DNA of 64,000 bases from Thermodesulfobacteriota bacterium. GTDB lineage: Bacteria; Desulfobacterota; Desulfobacteria; Desulfobacterales; SURF-7. The translations under genes and the position numbers were made by a program. The notes under the pieces are model-generated. The model was given only the letters and a program-made list of their open reading frames with translations, did no database searches and was not told where the DNA came from. The stretch lies in the NCBI GenBank assembly GCA_049320885.1, contig JBMORA010000001.1, positions 338,622-402,621 of the forward strand, read 5' to 3'. Shown here one piece after another: positions 61,267-64,000 of this stretch. Within the stretch, counting starts at the first letter, position 1; each line of letters begins with the position of its first letter.

Positions 61267-64000
61267 GTGCGGAAAAAACGGATAGGCTGGAGACGGTGGA
61301 TTCAGGCGGCGATCCTCGGGGCGATCATGCTGACCGGATCGGGCGCGCCGGTCGCCGGAGAGCCATCCCCCGTGGTCATCGGCGTGCTGGCCACCATGAG
61401 CCGGGAGCATTGCCTGGACCAATGGACGGCAACCGCCGACTATCTCAGCCGGGAAATCCCGGAGTTCCGCTTCCGCATCCTGCCCCTGACATATGAAAAA
61501 GTCGAAAAAACGGTCAAGACGGATGGCGTGGACTTCATCCTGGCCAATCCGTCCTTCTATGTATTGCTGGAAAGCCGTTACGGCGCCAACCGGATCGCCA
61601 CCCTGAAAAACCGGTGTTCCGCAGGAGTTTGCAAAACATACGGGGGCGTGGTTTTCTGGTTGAAAAACAGGCGGGATATCCAGGGCCTCGCCGATCTGAA
61701 AGGCAAACGTTTCATGGCGGCCGACGAGCATTCCCTGGGCGGCTGGCTGACCATCTGGCGGGAACTGAAAGAGCGGGGGTTTGATCCCCAGCGGGATTTC
61801 TCCTCCCTGGAATTCGGCAACACCCATGATGCCGTGGTGAACGCGGTGCTGGAAGGCCGTATGGACGCCGGCGGAGTGCGGACCGACATCCTGGAGCGGA
61901 TGGCCGCGGAGGGCCGAATCCGGCTGGAGACCGTCCGAGTCCTGCCGCGCCGGCAAACGGAAGCAACGGCGGCTCCGTTTCTCTGCTCCACCCGGGAATA
62001 CCCCGAATGGCCCATGGCCAAACTGCGCGGGACAACCGACAGCCTGGCGGAGAAAGTGACCATCGCCCTGCTGCGGATGCCGCCGGATTCCGGCGCGGCG
62101 GTTGCCGCCCGCTGCTCCGGCTGGACCATCCCCCTGAATTATCAATCCGTGCATGAATGCCTGCGCTACCTGAAGGTGGGACCCTATGAAAAACCGGACC
62201 AGATTACAGCCGGCGACGTGATCCGCACTTACTGGCGCTGGCTTCTGGCAGCGGCCATGGCCTTTGCGGGAGGCGGCATATTCACCCTCGTCATTCTGCG
62301 GCTCAACCGCAAAATCCGCGATTCCCATCAGCGCCTGAAAGCGGAGATCATCCGGCACCGAAGGACCGATGAAGCCCTGACCAAAGCCAAGGAGCAGGCC
62401 GAAGCCGCCACCCACGCCAAAAGCGAATTTCTGGCCAACATGAGCCATGAAATCCGCACCCCCATGAACGGCGTCATCGCCGCCGCCGAACTGGCCCTGA
62501 ACGAACCGCTTTCCCCGAAAGCCGAGCGGTACGTCAAAATCATCCACTCCAGCGCCCATTCCCTGCTGAACCTGATCAACGATATCCTGGATTTTTCCAA
62601 GATCGAAGCCGGCAAACTCAGCATGGAAACCAGGAGCTTCATGCTCGATGAAGTCGTGGACCGGGTGGTGAATCTGTTCGCCAACAGCGCGGCGGAAAAA
62701 CGCATTGAACTGCTGGTGGACATCGATCCCCAAACCCCCGCGGCGCTGTTGGGCGATCCCATGCGCCTGCAGCAGATTCTCACCAACCTGGTGGGCAATG
62801 CCGTCAAGTTCACGGAAAAACCCGGCTTCATTCTCATCGGGGCGACCCCCGCGGAACAACAGCCGCAACAGGTGGAAATCCAGTTCCGGGTCAAGGACGT
62901 GGGGGTCGGCATCCCGGAGGACTATCTGGCCCGGCTTTTCAACCCATTCACCCAGGCGGACACCTCCGACACGCGACGTTACGAAGGCACCGGACTGGGG
63001 CTCAGCATCTGCAAACGCCTGGTGGGCCTGATGGGGGGAACGATCTGGGTGGAAAGCCGGATGGGTTGCGGCAGCACGTTTTATTTTACGGCCCGCTTCG
63101 GCCGGCGGCCCAGTGAATCCGTCCACGGATATACGCCGCCGGAAGAACTCCGCAACCTCACGATTCTCGTGGTGGATGATTGCACGGAAAGCCTGGCCAT
63201 TGTCACCCGCATGCTCGGCTCTTTCGGCTTCACCGTGAGGGCCGCCTCCTCCGGAACCGAGGCCTTGAAAACATTTTTCGAGCAGCCGGGCGAGGTATCT
63301 CCGGCGGACCTGGCGATCCTGGACTGGATGATGCCGGAAACGGATGGGCTGGAACTCGCCGAAGCGATCCGCGCAAGGACGTCAGCGGCTATCCCCATCA
63401 TCCTGATGACCGCTTTCGGCCGCGAAGTCGAAAAGATGAGGGCGGAAAAAGCGGGCATCACCGGTTTTATATATAAGCCCATCTATCCGTCCACCCTCTT
63501 CAACGCCGTGCTGGACGCCTTCGGCCTGCAAGGCGTGACGCCCCATCTGTCCCCGGCGTCAACCCCCGCCGAACTATCGGCATACAAACGCAGCCTGAAA
63601 GGATTCCGGTTACTGGTGGTGGAAGACAACCCCACCAATCGTGAAATCGCCGTGGCCATTCTGGAAAGCGCCGGCATGCTGACGGAAACGGCCATGGACG
63701 GCTTACAGGCGGTGGAAATGGTGACGTCTCGCCCCTTTGATGCCGTCCTCATGGATGTGCAGATGCCCAACCTGAACGGATACGACGCCACGCGCCAGAT
63801 CCGTCGCAATCCGGACCTGGAACGCCTGCCCATCATCGCCATGACCGCCAGGGCCATGCGCGGCGACGAAGAGCTGTGCCTTGCGGCCGGTATGAACGGC
63901 TACATCGCCAAACCCATCAGCCAGCACCGTCTGTTCCAGCTGTTGTGGCGGCTCCTGAAAGACCGCAGGCCGGACATGGGCGAGATTCCCCGGGAACCGG
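61267..64000 (+). CDS. Hybrid sensor histidine kinase (periplasmic phosphonate-binding-like/TtrS-type sensor, HisKA, HATPase, 2x REC), 3'-truncated by the window edge
   Basis: I translated this myself; it is absent from the ORF track because it has no stop. Motifs: VIGVLA..W, DFILANP, EFLANMSHEIRTPMNG, NLVGNAVKFT, GTGLGLSIC, ILDWMMP, VLMDVQMP. Confidence 0.9.
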   Translation, partial: MRKKRIGWRRWIQAAILGAIMLTGSGAPVAGEPSPVVIGVLATMSREHCLDQWTATADYLSREIPEFRFRILPLTYEKVEKTVKTDGVDFILANPSFYVLLESRYGANRIATLKNRCSAGVCKTYGGVVFWLKNRRDIQGLADLKGKRFMAADEHSLGGWLTIWRELKERGFDPQRDFSSLEFGNTHDAVVNAVLEGRMDAGGVRTDILERMAAEGRIRLETVRVLPRRQTEATAAPFLCSTREYPEWPMAKLRGTTDSLAEKVTIALLRMPPDSGAAVAARCSGWTIPLNYQSVHECLRYLKVGPYEKPDQITAGDVIRTYWRWLLAAAMAFAGGGIFTLVILRLNRKIRDSHQRLKAEIIRHRRTDEALTKAKEQAEAATHAKSEFLANMSHEIRTPMNGVIAAAELALNEPLSPKAERYVKIIHSSAHSLLNLINDILDFSKIEAGKLSMETRSFMLDEVVDRVVNLFANSAAEKRIELLVDIDPQTPAALLGDPMRLQQILTNLVGNAVKFTEKPGFILIGATPAEQQPQQVEIQFRVKDVGVGIPEDYLARLFNPFTQADTSDTRRYEGTGLGLSICKRLVGLMGGTIWVESRMGCGSTFYFTARFGRRPSESVHGYTPPEELRNLTILVVDDCTESLAIVTRMLGSFGFTVRAASSGTEALKTFFEQPGEVSPADLAILDWMMPETDGLELAEAIRARTSAAIPIILMTAFGREVEKMRAEKAGITGFIYKPIYPSTLFNAVLDAFGLQGVTPHLSPASTPAELSAYKRSLKGFRLLVVEDNPTNREIAVAILESAGMLTETAMDGLQAVEMVTSRPFDAVLMDVQMPNLNGYDATRQIRRNPDLERLPIIAMTARAMRGDEELCLAAGMNGYIAKPISQHRLFQLLWRLLKDRRPDMGEIPREP

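Noticed and set aside
61237..63126. 629-aa - strand ORF
   Set aside because: Antisense to the real hybrid kinase on +.

Overview
Chromosomal core and metabolic DNA from a sulfate-reducing Desulfobacterota bacterium, probably Desulfobacterales-like (inferred from dsrC, hdrA-mvhD-flxCBA, ahbA, PFOR and AOR). I see about 58 CDS and no rRNA, tRNA, CRISPR array or mobile element. The ORF track truncates three genes at in-frame UGA codons that fall on conserved Cys positions and are followed by SECIS-like hairpins, so selD, mvhD/flxD and hdrA are selenoproteins. It also misses a hybrid histidine kinase that runs off the right edge. The most unusual signals are: (i) three dispersed Arg-rich '[ED]RRxGxDRR...ExRxxx[YF]xRR' microproteins, two of them clear paralogs, among three stand-alone PilZ proteins and a VpsT-like regulator, which may form a c-di-GMP-binding or sequestering layer; (ii) an hdrBC-less hdrA-mvhD-flxCBA cluster directly upstream of dsrC and divergent from an FAD/CCG oxidoreductase; (iii) a loop-deleted, CC-adding-type tRNA nucleotidyltransferase; (iv) a convergent rhomboid-TPR / Zn-finger-membrane-TPR pair; (v) a TetR-SCP2-ADH-AOR-Fd-MoaD operon. 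All family calls come from recognising motifs by eye; no database searches were run.
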